Positions 20,460-31,577 are shown, numbered from the whole stretch's first letter. The stretch is DNA of 63,966 bases, filler included, from Candidatus Babelota bacterium (GCA_017999075.1; 10 parts of 10 records of this genome joined end to end with filler, not necessarily neighbours in it), one strand, 5' to 3'. Numbers and translations: made by a program. The notes: generated by a model not told the origin, from the sequence alone.

Positions 20460-23400
20460 TTAAAAATCCGATAATTTCTGCCGCAGTTCATCGAAATGAA
20501 TTTTGCGGATAAGAGTTTCGCCTGAAGTAATATTAGAATCGGTCCATACAGGAGTTTGTGCTTTTGCTGCGGTTGCTGTCTGTTCCTCTGCAGAGCGCAG
20601 TTCGTCAATATGCGTTTTACGTATAAGTGTTTGACTTGCAGTAATTACAGGGTCAGTCCACGAAAAAGCTGAAAGTCCGCGCAATTTACGCGCAAAATTA
20701 ATTTCATCGCGCAATTCGTCGATGTGTATTTTTCTTATAAGCGATTGTCCTGTTGTCAGCTGAGTATCAGTCCATACTCTGCCGCCGATTTTAAAATATC
20801 TTGATGTAGATGTATCGCTGTATAAATCGCTGTCGTATGCAACCACTGTCCATCTATAAACAGAATCGTTTAAATTGACTTGTGGATTGAAATATACTGT
20901 ATTTCCGTAAGCAGTAGAATCAGCACCGCTTGCGCTGAATGTATCATAACTGCCGGATTTATAATAATAAAAACCGCGAGTGTCAGTTGTAGAATTAGCA
21001 AGCAGAACATTTCCATAGCCGCTGTCAACATAAATCAAAAAATGTAATGCATTGCTGTCAGCATCTGCAGGACATTGCCATATTAAGTTCGGCCGCAGAT
21101 TAAGCGTTCGTCCATAATTTTCAAAATCAGTATAAGGCGCAGGCAGATTTACAGGAGTTAATAATATCGGTGTTTCAGGTTTTGTATTATACAACGCATA
21201 AACCATAAAACTTGCTGAATACCAAGTCCTGTTTTCAAACCGGTAACCACCGGCAACCGGTATCTGATGACTATCAAAAGCAACTATTCGGTAGTAATAA
21301 ATTCCCGTAGATGTATATCCAGAATCAACATACTCGGTGTCTTGGGTGTTTTCGGTGGTGTGTATTAAAAACGCTTCCCAATTATCCGTATCGCCGTTTG
21401 CTCTGACTTGAGCCGCAGAAGCGCGATATATTCTGTATCCTGTTAATCCCGTCAATCCTGTTCCATCTTCATCTGCTGCCGGTTTAGTCCAGCGTAAAGT
21501 TACCTTTTTTAAAACCGAAGTATCTGCGTCTATAAAACTCGGCGCAGCAGGCGCGACTGTATCTGCGTTTGCAGCAGTATCTATTTCCGCTGTCCTGAAC
21601 GGCGACCACAAAACCGAGCCGCTAATAACGCTAATCTTCGCGGATATTGATGCAGAATCAGTTGTATTCCAATAATTGTATCTGAAATCAAAAGTATTAT
21701 TTACATTATTATAAACTGAATAGTTCGGATTGGTTATTGATGTCTGAATATTATTTTTTGTAAATGTATCCCCGGACGACGAGTTAGTCAGATAAATTTG
21801 ATAATTAGTATTATTTTTAATATTATTTTGCGTAAAATAATTTGAAGAGACATTATCCAAATAAAAACCTTTCTCATTATTGCCAATAATTAAATTTCCT
21901 GTAAAATAATTATTATTTGAATTATTGCTTAAATAAAATCCGGTTTGACTATTCGATTTTGAAACATTACTTTTAAAAATATTGTTTGAAGCATTTGAAA
22001 ATTGAAAACCGTTCTGTAAATTATTACTCGCAGTGTTAGTTTCAAAAATATTATTTGAAGACGCCGAAAAATTAAAACCAGCCCAAGTATTATAATTTGC
22101 AGTATTATTTGATGCAATATTATTCGAACCATTCACAGAAATGCCGTGATTATTATTATAATTCGATATATTATTTGTTAAAACATTGCAGCCGTTATTG
22201 CTGTCAAGGCGAATCCCGTGTCCTTGAGTGTAATTAACCGAATTTGAAACAAATGTATTTGTATCGGAATTCTGATAAGTATAAATTCCAGTATTGTTTG
22301 AATCAGATCTGTTGTTTGAAAAATAATTAAACGAACTTCCGTTGTAAGCGTAAATCCCGTAAAACGGATTTGAAATTACTGAATTGCCTGATAAAATGTT
22401 ATAAGGAGAATTATTCAGATAAATGCCGTAATAATTTTTAAACACATAACAATTAGAAATCGTATTTGAACAACTTCCGCTCGCTAAATAAATTCCAGCT
22501 CCAGCGCCGCCGTTTTTACCGCAATATTCAATTTTTATATTTTCAATTACCGAAGTATCCGAGTTATTAAAATAAATTCCATAATAGCAATCAAAAATCC
22601 GCAGATTCGCTATCCGTAAATTCGCCAGTCCATTTGCATATATTCCGTAAAGAGTGGTTGCTGTCGAATCTCCGGCCGGATCAATAATCGTAGTTGCTGA
22701 ATCTGCGCCGATTAAGGAAGTCCAGTTATTTGTTATTACTACGGTTTCAGCGTAAGTTCCGGCATCCACATAAATTGTACAGCCACTATATGCTCGCAAT
22801 AATGCTTGAGTTATTGTTCTGAAAGGATAGAGCTGATTACCCATATTCAAATTATCGTTTCCAATATTTGATGTAAAAGAATCATTTGCAGTGGACGCAT
22901 CATTCACATAAAAAACAGGACCATTATAAAGAGTCGTATCGCTGATTATATTTGAATTTGCTCCGGTTCCGCTTGAATTATAAGCGCGGACACGGTAATA
23001 ATATACTGTATAAGTCGTTAAGCCGGTAACGCTATAAGTTGTAACATTCCCAACATCTAAATTATTATAACTGCCGACAAAACTGCCGAACCCGGCGTCA
23101 GTCGAAAAATCTAAACGATAGCCGGTCGCGCCGGTTGTTGTTCCCCAATTGGCTGTCAAACTGCCTGTATTAATATTTGTTGCGGCTGCTGCAGTTGGCG
23201 GCGATGGTAATGTATAAGTTGTGACGGTATTGGAATTGCTTCCTGTTCCGGTTGTATTAATCGCTCTGACGCGGTAGTAGTAAGTTGTTCCAGCAGTCAA
23301 TCCGGTTACGCTGTAAGTCGTAACATTACCAACATCAAGATTATTATAACCGGTAACAAAACTTGAAAAATCGCTTGCAATCGAAACATCAAGACGATAA

Positions 23401-24677
23401 CTTGTTGCGCTGGTTACCGAACCCCAGTTAGCGCTAAAACTTGTGGTTGTTATAGAATTTGCAGCAGCAGCGGTCGAAGCTGCAGGTAATGTTAATAAAT
23501 TTTGCGAGCCGGAATTTGAACTTGTTCCTCCTGTGTTATATGCGCGGATGCGGTAATAATATGTTGTTCCGGCTGTCAAACCTGTTACACTACGTGAAGT
23601 AACATTGCCGACATCAAGATTATTATAACCGGTAGCATAGCTTGAAAAATCGCTTGCAGTAGAAACATCAAGATAATAGCCGGTCGCGCCGATCGCAGCG
23701 CTCCAATTCGCATTAAAACTTGTTTCTGCAATACTTGAAGCTGCATTTGAAGTAGGAGCATTTGGAACTGTCCAAAACGATACATTAGAACCATAAGCCG
23801 TTCCTTGAGTATTTGTGGCATACGCGCGGACATAATACAAAGTTCCGGCTGTTAATCCTGTTAATGAGGAAGTGAACGCGCCTGTCGAACCTTTGGCTCC
23901 TAAAGTAGTATTTGAATTGGCAGTGGTCGGATTTGTAGAAGTATTCCAGCAATGTCCGTGTTGTGTTGGATTAGGCGAGCCGAGAGCAGTAACATTACCA
24001 TTGCCAGTTGCAGTAGTTGACGCTATTGAACTGACTGCTTGAGTGGTTACAGTAGGAACAATCGGTCCTGATGCGCCTATTGTTATTGATTGATTAAGAG
24101 TAGATTCATATGCCCACTCCTGAATTGAAATCAATGCGTATGTAAAATATCCTGGCGTGCCGCCGTCATAATCTGTCTGATAGTTGTATTTGACCCAGCC
24201 ATAATAATAATTTCCACTACCTGCGTCAAAACGGATACCTTGATAACTATTTGATCCTGACTGACTCTGAGGTCCTGCATATCTTGTCGGATTCCAGGAT
24301 AAAACATTGGCATTTATCGTCCAGTTTGAACCGGACGAAACTACATCGCCATAATTACCGTTACATACATGATTTGACATTATTGCGCCGAGATATGTTC
24401 TATGCGAAGCGTCATTACCTGCAGTTAATTGCTGTGAAATATTTGTTGTTGAATATGTCGGCGAAGTAGTTGTTGATGTTGTCCCGTTTGAATTAAGTAT
24501 AATACCAATATAAGTATGGTCAAGACCGCCGGAGCTGCCGGTTGCATTTATTGGTCCTGAATAATAATTTATTGCTCCGAAAGAAATTGTTGAATTTAAA
24601 ATTAAATTCAGAAGTAAAAAAATAATTATAAAAAAATAATTATAAAAATATGAAAAATTAAATCTTACGATTTTCAT
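20460..24677 (-). CDS. Large secreted/surface protein: FN3 repeats, NosD/CASH right-handed beta-helix, FN3/Ig-like domains and a C-terminal triple repeat
   Basis: Signal peptide; repeated GLTAGTTYYYRVRAYN FN3 units; Asn-rich GIYLxxSxxNTIxxN beta-helix repeats; three WTD...IRKxHxDELR repeats at the C-terminus. Confidence 0.85.
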   Translation of the reverse strand: MKIVRFNFSYFYNYFFIIIFLLLNLILNSTISFGAINYYSGPINATGSSGGLDHTYIGIILNSNGTTSTTTSPTYSTTNISQQLTAGNDASHRTYLGAIMSNHVCNGNYGDVVSSGSNWTINANVLSWNPTRYAGPQSQSGSNSYQGIRFDAGSGNYYYGWVKYNYQTDYDGGTPGYFTYALISIQEWAYESTLNQSITIGASGPIVPTVTTQAVSSIASTTATGNGNVTALGSPNPTQHGHCWNTSTNPTTANSNTTLGAKGSTGAFTSSLTGLTAGTLYYVRAYATNTQGTAYGSNVSFWTVPNAPTSNAASSIAETSFNANWSAAIGATGYYLDVSTASDFSSYATGYNNLDVGNVTSRSVTGLTAGTTYYYRIRAYNTGGTSSNSGSQNLLTLPAASTAAAANSITTTSFSANWGSVTSATSYRLDVSIASDFSSFVTGYNNLDVGNVTTYSVTGLTAGTTYYYRVRAINTTGTGSNSNTVTTYTLPSPPTAAAATNINTGSLTANWGTTTGATGYRLDFSTDAGFGSFVGSYNNLDVGNVTTYSVTGLTTYTVYYYRVRAYNSSGTGANSNIISDTTLYNGPVFYVNDASTANDSFTSNIGNDNLNMGNQLYPFRTITQALLRAYSGCTIYVDAGTYAETVVITNNWTSLIGADSATTIIDPAGDSTATTLYGIYANGLANLRIANLRIFDCYYGIYFNNSDTSVIENIKIEYCGKNGGAGAGIYLASGSCSNTISNCYVFKNYYGIYLNNSPYNILSGNSVISNPFYGIYAYNGSSFNYFSNNRSDSNNTGIYTYQNSDTNTFVSNSVNYTQGHGIRLDSNNGCNVLTNNISNYNNNHGISVNGSNNIASNNTANYNTWAGFNFSASSNNIFETNTASNNLQNGFQFSNASNNIFKSNVSKSNSQTGFYLSNNSNNNYFTGNLIIGNNEKGFYLDNVSSNYFTQNNIKNNTNYQIYLTNSSSGDTFTKNNIQTSITNPNYSVYNNVNNTFDFRYNYWNTTDSASISAKISVISGSVLWSPFRTAEIDTAANADTVAPAAPSFIDADTSVLKKVTLRWTKPAADEDGTGLTGLTGYRIYRASAAQVRANGDTDNWEAFLIHTTENTQDTEYVDSGYTSTGIYYYRIVAFDSHQIPVAGGYRFENRTWYSASFMVYALYNTKPETPILLTPVNLPAPYTDFENYGRTLNLRPNLIWQCPADADSNALHFLIYVDSGYGNVLLANSTTDTRGFYYYKSGSYDTFSASGADSTAYGNTVYFNPQVNLNDSVYRWTVVAYDSDLYSDTSTSRYFKIGGRVWTDTQLTTGQSLIRKIHIDELRDEINFARKLRGLSAFSWTDPVITASQTLIRKTHIDELRSAEEQTATAAKAQTPVWTDSNITSGETLIRKIHFDELRQKLSDF

Positions 24678-24921
24678 ATCAAAAAAATAATCCTTTTATC
24701 TTCCAAAATTAAAATATGGTTTTTCCTGTAAAATACCGCATGATATTTTTGATAAATAATAGTATTGAACTGATTATAAATATTTTTGTTTATTTATAAT
24801 AATATAATAGATATAATTATAAATTATTCAATGTTTTTTTAAAAAATTCAGTTTTTTTGTAAAAATAAGAACGTTGCTATGAGCACTTTTTAAATATATA
24901 ACAAAAATAAAAATTTAAATG

Positions 24922-24950
24922 TTGATATAAAGATATATTATATGTATAAT
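24922..24950 (+). promoter_or_regulatory. Sigma70-type promoter for the response regulator
   Basis: TTGATA-17 bp-TATAAT. Confidence 0.55.
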
Positions 24951-25033
24951 AAAATTAATACGAAACCATATGAATATTTTCATAATATAAATTTTAAAAT
25001 AATACAATAACAAAATAATCAATATATGAATTC

Positions 25034-26083
25034 ATGAAAAAAATACGTGTTTTTATTATAGAAGATGAAAAAGATACATTAAATATGTTAATCACATATT
25101 TGAAAAAAAATAGTTTTGAAGTAAGCGGATATGCTTTAAATGGAAATGATGCTATTCAAATTATAAAGAATAATCAATCAGATATAATATTAACTGATAT
25201 TGGGCTGCCAGGTGAGTTTGACGGAATTGAAACTATTGAAATAATTCAGCAGGAAAATGATATTCCAGTAATATTTATTACCGGATTTGATTCACAAGAT
25301 TTGATTGATAGAGCAAAAAAAATTAAGTATGCAACTTATCTGCATAAACCTATTGATTTAAATAATTTAAGCGCTGCAATTGAGATTGGATTATATCAAA
25401 AAAATTCGGATAATATTTTTATTAATTCAATTAGCGAAGCGTATTCTTATAATAAAATAATTTATAATAATAACAATATTCCAGCAGATTATATAATAAT
25501 TACAGTAAACGACAATTTTGCTAAAATATTAGGATTGGATAAAAAAAATATTTGCGGCAGAAAAGCGTCGGAACTATATGATTTGCAAAATGTGGAATTG
25601 AAAAATGATTTTTATAACTTGTTAAAAATATACTCAAACTTGAAACCGAATGGGGAAAAAAATGAGTTTGAAAGGTACTCCCCAATTACCAGAAAATGGT
25701 ATAAAATAATTACATATTCGCTAAAAAATGAATATTTTATAACATTAAGAAGTGATGTTACCGAATTAAAAAGAAAAGATAAGTATTTGCTTGAGTTTTA
25801 TACTTCATTACAGTTGATTCCAAGTATAGTTGTAATTACTGATGTTGATGGAAATTTTGAATTTGTAAATTCTGCATTTGAAAGGGTAACAGGATATATA
25901 ATTGCTGATGTACAGGGCATATCCACCAAAATTTTAAAATCCGAAAATTATGATCCTGGTTATATTAAAAATTTGTGGGATACAATAAAATCAGGAAATA
26001 TCTGGCGCGGGGAGTTTTACAACCGTAAAAAAAATGGAGAGTTATATTATGAATTTGCGATAATCGGTTCAATTAAAAATGAA
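25034..26083 (+). CDS. Receiver-PAS-PAS signalling protein, 3'-truncated (probable hybrid kinase or cyclase)
   Basis: IIEDE, ILTDIGLPG, FITG and KP receiver motifs; PAS segment ITDVDGNFEFVNSAFERVTGY...WRGEFYNRKKNGELY. Confidence 0.85.
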
Positions 26084-26264
26084 NNNNNNNNNNNNNNNNN
26101 NNNNNNNNNNNNNNNNNNNNNNNNNNNTTAATTAATTAANNNNNNNNNNNNNNNNNNNNNNNNNNNNNNNNNNNNNNNNNNNNCTGATATGCAAACATGT
26201 GAAAAAATTATAAATGTAGCAAAAAAATAAAAAATAAAAAATATTTATTGATTCGGAGGAAAAA

Positions 26265-27650
26265 ATGAATAGAAAAATTGTTTTTATATTGTCAGTTTTA
26301 TTGATTGCAGTTTGTTATATTGCTGAAGCTGCAGATTTGACTGTTACGGTGTATAATCAGGATTTTGCTGTAATAAAGGAAAAGCTTATTATTGATATGA
26401 AAGATAAGATTTTCGAATATATACATAAAGATATACCTTCGTCAATTGTTCCGACTTCTGTGAAGTTATATTCTTTGAAAAATGTAAATGGCATAACAAT
26501 ACTTGATCAGAATTATATTTATGATCTGGTAAGCAAAGAAAAATTGATGGCAAAATTTATTGATAAAGAAATTGAAATACAGATGGAACGGAAATTCTTT
26601 AAAGGAATTTTATTGAGTTCAGCAGGAGATAACTCTGAAGGAGGTTCGTACATATTAAAAACTGAAGAAGGAATTGTTTCAATTGATCCTGGAAAATCTG
26701 ATTATATAAAGTATCCTGATTTGCCGGAAGGTCTGATAACTAGACCGTCGCTTAAATGGAAGATAAAAACAAATGAACCTGGGCTCAATGAATGCGGGTT
26801 GCTGTATGAAACAAAAAATATTGGATGGTCAGCAGAATACGTTGCAGTATTGAAAGAAAATGATTCGAAATTAGACATTAAAGGCTGGGTTAATATAAAT
26901 AATAATACGTCGAAAACTTTTGAAAATGCAAAATTGAAATTAATGGCAGGGGATGTAGGCAGAGTTCATGATAATATTCCTAGATATGAGAAAAAACGGA
27001 ATATGGTTATGATGGCTGCAGAAGCAGAAGATGCTCAACCTTCTTTTGCCGAAAAAGAATTTTTTGAATATCATTTATATTCGTTAAATGTTCCTGCTGA
27101 TTTGTTGTCAAACTCGGAAAAACAATTATCTCTTATAGAATCAAATGATATTCCTGTTACCAAAAATTATATTTTTGATGTTATGAAGGATCTCAAAAAA
27201 ATCTGTATTTTTATTGAATTTGAGAACACAAAAAAAAATAATGCAGGATTCGCTTTGCCAGGAGGAAAAGTAAGAGTTAATAAAATGGATTCTGAAGACG
27301 GTTCTTTGGAATTTATTGGAGAAGATAAGATTGAACATACCCCTGAAAATGATAAAATAAGTTTGATGCTTGGTAAGGCATTTGATGTGAAGGCTGACCG
27401 AATTCAAAAAAATTATAAGAGATATTCAAATGAAAGATGGGAAGAAACATACGAAATAACTCTGATTAACAGTAAAAGTGAAGATGTATCTGTAAAAGTG
27501 AGAGAAAATATGAATGGATATAAAAATTGGAAAATAAATTCAAATAATTATCCTTTTAAGAAAAATAATTCTCGCCAGACAGAGTTTGAAGTTAAAATTC
27601 CGTCAAAAGATAAAAAAGTTTTAACTTATACAGTTGAATATTCTGATTGA
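26265..27650 (+). CDS. DUF4139 domain-containing secreted protein
   Basis: Signal peptide, LTVTVYNQDFAVIKE, YDLVS, WSAEY, LKLMAGDV, FFEYHLY, LPGGKVRV and FIGEDKIEHTP. Confidence 0.85.
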   Translation: MNRKIVFILSVLLIAVCYIAEAADLTVTVYNQDFAVIKEKLIIDMKDKIFEYIHKDIPSSIVPTSVKLYSLKNVNGITILDQNYIYDLVSKEKLMAKFIDKEIEIQMERKFFKGILLSSAGDNSEGGSYILKTEEGIVSIDPGKSDYIKYPDLPEGLITRPSLKWKIKTNEPGLNECGLLYETKNIGWSAEYVAVLKENDSKLDIKGWVNINNNTSKTFENAKLKLMAGDVGRVHDNIPRYEKKRNMVMMAAEAEDAQPSFAEKEFFEYHLYSLNVPADLLSNSEKQLSLIESNDIPVTKNYIFDVMKDLKKICIFIEFENTKKNNAGFALPGGKVRVNKMDSEDGSLEFIGEDKIEHTPENDKISLMLGKAFDVKADRIQKNYKRYSNERWEETYEITLINSKSEDVSVKVRENMNGYKNWKINSNNYPFKKNNSRQTEFEVKIPSKDKKVLTYTVEYSD

Positions 27651-27660
27651 TAAAAAATGT

Positions 27661-28440
27661 ATGTTGAAAAAATGTGCGTTTATAATATTGATTTTAACCG
27701 GATTTTTTTTTGTTACAGCTAAACAAATGAATTCGAAAAACAGAGAAACATTTATAGAATACCAAAATGGGTTTGAACGTGTAAAAAATGCGAGAATTGA
27801 AAAAAATCATGTTATAAAAAAATATTTTGATGAAAAAAATGTAGAATACCCTCCTCAAAAAGTTTTCATTAGATGTTTTAAAAAAGAAAAAATCGTCGAA
27901 TTATGGGTTAAACCTGAAAAAAAAGAAAAATTTATATTTTTAAAAGATTATAGAATTTGTAAGTCGTCAGGAAGATTGGGACCAAAAAGAAAATCAGGGG
28001 ATATGCAGGTTCCGGAAGGTTTTTATTTTATAGAAAGATTTAATCCAGTAAGTAATTTTTATTTATCGCTTGGAATAAATTATCCGAATCAGTCTGATAA
28101 AATATTAGGAGATAAAATTAATCCCGGCGGCGATATTTTTATTCATGGAAGCGATGTCACAATCGGCTGCATACCTCTTGGAGATGAATATATAAAAGAA
28201 TTATATCTTGTAGCAATAGACGTTAAATCTAAATACAATGAAAATATACAGGTTCATATTTTTCCCTGTAAAATGACTGATGAAAATATGAAAAATATAT
28301 TAGAGCCGTTGATAAAACAGGATAATAGCCTTAAAGATTTCTGGCAGAATATAAGAACAGGATACGAATTATTTGAAAAAAACAGAATTTTATTTAAATA
28401 TAAAGTAAACCAATCCGGAAAATACTCTTTTTTGAAATGA
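27661..28440 (+). CDS. YkuD-family L,D-transpeptidase (YafK/DpaA-like)
   Basis: GPKRKSGDMQVPEGFY, NPVSNFYLSLGINYPN and GGDIFIHGSDVTIGC (HGx...GC catalytic motif). Start at ATG 27661 is inferred. Confidence 0.88.
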   Translation: MLKKCAFIILILTGFFFVTAKQMNSKNRETFIEYQNGFERVKNARIEKNHVIKKYFDEKNVEYPPQKVFIRCFKKEKIVELWVKPEKKEKFIFLKDYRICKSSGRLGPKRKSGDMQVPEGFYFIERFNPVSNFYLSLGINYPNQSDKILGDKINPGGDIFIHGSDVTIGCIPLGDEYIKELYLVAIDVKSKYNENIQVHIFPCKMTDENMKNILEPLIKQDNSLKDFWQNIRTGYELFEKNRILFKYKVNQSGKYSFLK

Positions 28441-28526
28441 TTAGTTTACAAACGTCTTAATTGATAATCAACAAAAATATCGGAAATAAATTTATTTTGT
28501 AAACTGATTATTTTAAAGCAGAAATA

Positions 28527-30260
28527 TTATTTTGCTGATAAATAATTTTTGAATGTTTCAAAAACAGGACGGATATGTTCTGGAATAATTGAAAAAAATG
28601 AAGGGATATCTTGAAATGGTCTGTTATAAATAATGTCATTGGCAATTTTTTTGCTGACTCCTGAAATTGTTTTGAGAGAATCGTATTTTATTGAATTTAT
28701 ATTTATTGGATATGTCAATCCTGTAATTGATCTGAATCCATGGTTTACAATAATCATATCGTGAAATTTTTCTGTTATAATTTCATCAGCACATCCCGTT
28801 AAAATAGGATACGAACCGAATTGTCTGCAGTATGTAATATATTTATCTTTTTTTTCTGCAAATAGGTTTTTTAATATTCTGCCGAGCGGCGCTATTTTTT
28901 TTAACATTTCATTGTCAATATTCTCGCGTATTAGTTTTTTATATTGTTCAAAAATGTATTTTGATTTGTTGTTTTGTTTTGAAACTATCTGATTTATGAA
29001 TGCTCCCTCGAATTTTATGGTCTGCCTTATATTTATTCTTCTTAAAAGAAGACCGTCATTAAACAATTTTAGCATAAAATCATAGTTGATTTTCCATGTA
29101 TCTTCAGATTCCCCGCCCAATCCGAAAAGCAGATTTACTCCCGGTAAAAGCCTGGGCATGCCATTTTCAGAAATATCACTTCCAAGTTCATTTATAATTT
29201 TTACAGCATTATATGATTGCTGGGGGGTAGAATTTAAATTGTTTTCGCGTATTACGTTAATATCAAAAGATTCGCAGCCGAGAGCAAGAACATTTCCTCC
29301 AGTACAATATTTAACTAAAGATTTTATAACCTGTTTTGATTCTTCAGGAAAACTGCTTATTATTGCAGGATTTGCATTATCCGTATGCAGAGTAGAAATA
29401 TTGGGTATAGATGTTCTGATTCCGCAAAATAATTTTTCGATAATATAAGGATTGGGTTTATAATTTTCAGGGGTTGAACCGTAACCGAATATGTCAGGCT
29501 GATTTCCAAGCCTGAAATGAACAATTCCGAAATTATTTAAAGAAGACATCTCGCTTATAATATTTTCTGGGAAACGGTATGATTGAAAATTCTCAAATTG
29601 TTCGACGCAGAATGAACATTTTACTTGACGAAGACATCCTGAATAAGTTTCTATTTCACAGATTATGTTTGGATAATTATGATGATGACGGACAATTTCA
29701 GAACCCAAACAGGCAAATAGTTCTTTATTATAAGAAATATTATTTGATGGTGTTTCTTTTCCCTGAAAAAAATCAAATATTTGTTTTAAGTAATTGCCTG
29801 AAGTTATAAGATTGAATTTTGAATAATCAAGAGGAAGAGGTTTTTTTCCGCCTTCAATAGTCCATCCTCGAGTTAAAGAACCGACTAAAATAAATTTTGA
29901 ATTACTGAAATTTGAAATAATAAATGTTATTTCTTTAAATGTCATAGGATGGGTTGATAAATATTTTCCTGGAACGCTTAACCCGCCTATAATTATGATA
30001 TAATCATAATGTCTTCCGGATAAATCATCATTTGATTTTTTTGAGTGTGAATTTCTTGAAACTTTTTTTTCTTCAGAAATATTTTTATTATTGAAAATAA
30101 ATTGAAAATCTTTTCTGAGAGAATCTATGGTTTTGTAATCAATATTGTATTTAAAATTTTTTAGAAGACCGTATATATAGCGCGGATATGGACTTAGATA
30201 TGGCGGCACTCCAAGACAAGATGGCTCGTCAACATAACCGTCAATAATTAGAATATTCAT
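28527..30260 (-). CDS. Radical SAM protein with C-terminal helix-hairpin-helix (COG1031-like)
   Basis: IIDGYVDEPSCLGVPPYLSPYPRY N-terminus, ETYSGCLRQVKCSFC cluster motif, HFRLG, LHTDNANP, LLRRINIRQ and C-terminal ININ...ISGVSKK...RPF HhH. Confidence 0.85.
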   Translation of the reverse strand: MNILIIDGYVDEPSCLGVPPYLSPYPRYIYGLLKNFKYNIDYKTIDSLRKDFQFIFNNKNISEEKKVSRNSHSKKSNDDLSGRHYDYIIIIGGLSVPGKYLSTHPMTFKEITFIISNFSNSKFILVGSLTRGWTIEGGKKPLPLDYSKFNLITSGNYLKQIFDFFQGKETPSNNISYNKELFACLGSEIVRHHHNYPNIICEIETYSGCLRQVKCSFCVEQFENFQSYRFPENIISEMSSLNNFGIVHFRLGNQPDIFGYGSTPENYKPNPYIIEKLFCGIRTSIPNISTLHTDNANPAIISSFPEESKQVIKSLVKYCTGGNVLALGCESFDINVIRENNLNSTPQQSYNAVKIINELGSDISENGMPRLLPGVNLLFGLGGESEDTWKINYDFMLKLFNDGLLLRRINIRQTIKFEGAFINQIVSKQNNKSKYIFEQYKKLIRENIDNEMLKKIAPLGRILKNLFAEKKDKYITYCRQFGSYPILTGCADEIITEKFHDMIIVNHGFRSITGLTYPININSIKYDSLKTISGVSKKIANDIIYNRPFQDIPSFFSIIPEHIRPVFETFKNYLSAK

Positions 30261-30267
30261 TTGATAT

Positions 30268-30315
30268 AAAAAAATAGCGGCCGGAATAAGATTTTAGTCT
30301 TTTCCGGCCGGCTGT
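30268..30315 (-). terminator. Rho-independent terminator of the flagellin gene
   Basis: On the minus strand: cggccggaaaagactaaaatcttattccggccg followed by ctattttttt. Confidence 0.8.
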
Positions 30316-30335
30316 TTATCAGATTATTTAATTAG

Positions 30336-31214
30336 TTACTGCAGCATTTGGAGAACTGACTGAGGTCTCATATTAGCCTGAGTCAGCATAGCCTGACCTG
30401 CCTGCATTAGAATCTGTTCTTTTGTAAAATTAACCATTTCAGCAGCCAAATCAACATCGCGGATTCTGCTTTCAGCAGTCTGCAGGTTTTCTTTTGCAAT
30501 TAAAACAAAGTTGTAAGTATGTTCCAATCTGTTCTGAATTGCTCCGAGCTGCGCTCTCTGCAATGAAACTTGATTTATTGCAGCTGACAATAAACCTATA
30601 GCGCTTTCAGCTTGAGTTCTTGTTGCAACTGTGAAACCTGTAGTTCCGTCAGTAAGTGTGTCAATGTTCATACCAGTAGTTGAAAAACTTGTTATATGAA
30701 CAGAAAAAGTCTGATTTATGTTTGCACCTACATGGAATACCAATGAACCCGGATCCCCGATATTACCAACTATTCCGTAAGAACCATTCAATAAATATTT
30801 TGTGTTGAATTGAACGCCTGTCTGCATACGATCAATTTCACATAACAACTGGGTTATTTCAAGTTGTATAAAGTTTCTGTCTGAATCAATTAAAGTATCG
30901 TTTGAAGACTGAACAGCTAATGTGCGCATTCTTTGAAGTATACTGTGAATTTCTTCAAGAGCTGATTCTGCTGTTTGAATTAATGATATACCGTCCTGAA
31001 TGTTTCTTGAAGCCTGATCCAATCCGTAAATCTGAGTTCTTAATTTTTCACTTATAGCTAAACCTGCAGCATCATCTGCAGCTCTGTTTATTCTATAACC
31101 GCTTGATAATTTTTCTAATGAACTATTAATTCTGAAGTTTGTTAAGGTAAGTTGTCTGTGCGAATACATCGCGCTGACATTATGCATTATTCTTAATCCT
31201 GATTCCATACTCAT
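30336..31214 (-). CDS. fliC: Flagellin (short, 292 aa; Hag/FlaB-like)
   Basis: LEKLSSGYRINRAADDAAGLAISEKLR, QDGISLIQTAE, RAQLGAIQNRLEH and AESRIRDVD; AAGGAGG RBS. Confidence 0.97.
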   Translation of the reverse strand: MSMESGLRIMHNVSAMYSHRQLTLTNFRINSSLEKLSSGYRINRAADDAAGLAISEKLRTQIYGLDQASRNIQDGISLIQTAESALEEIHSILQRMRTLAVQSSNDTLIDSDRNFIQLEITQLLCEIDRMQTGVQFNTKYLLNGSYGIVGNIGDPGSLVFHVGANINQTFSVHITSFSTTGMNIDTLTDGTTGFTVATRTQAESAIGLLSAAINQVSLQRAQLGAIQNRLEHTYNFVLIAKENLQTAESRIRDVDLAAEMVNFTKEQILMQAGQAMLTQANMRPQSVLQMLQ

Positions 31215-31577
31215 TTTAATCTTCCTCCTTGAAAATCAAAAACAAAATTTAATTTAAAATTGTAAAATAAAATCGCAGATGTTAAATTTTTTTGCCCTCA
31301 ATTAAACATCCTTGTTTAATTTTTCTGAAAATATATTTCGAAAAATTTGTACTGACTTTTTTGCCTGACATAAAGTCCGGCGAAACACTAAGAGTTTAAA
31401 TTCACCTCCTGTATATTTATGCCAACAACGCTAACCCGTCTTCCATTTAAGACAGGTTCGGGTTTTAATTGAGAAATCAATGTTTACCCGTCCTTGGTCT
31501 TTTGATTAAATCCTTTTTTTTAAATCAGCATTTATATAAATTACTTATATTTAATTACTGATTTGTTGTTGTAATGT
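31215..31577 (-). promoter_or_regulatory. Long flagellin 5' leader with multiple CsrA-type GGA hairpins
   Basis: AATTAAACA-AGGA-TGTTTAATT, GATTTTC-AAGGA-GGAAGATT (over the SD), AACCTGTCTT-AAATGGA-AGACGGGTT, ACCAAGGACGGGT and TGATTTAAA-AAAAAGGA-TTTAATCA. Confidence 0.75.

Noticed and set aside
31321-31440. c-di-GMP riboswitch or upstream ORF in the flagellin leader
   Set aside because: GGCAAA occurs but the GEMM two-stem/tetraloop-receptor pattern is not evident, and the internal AGGAGG has no properly spaced start codon; CsrA sites explain the leader better.
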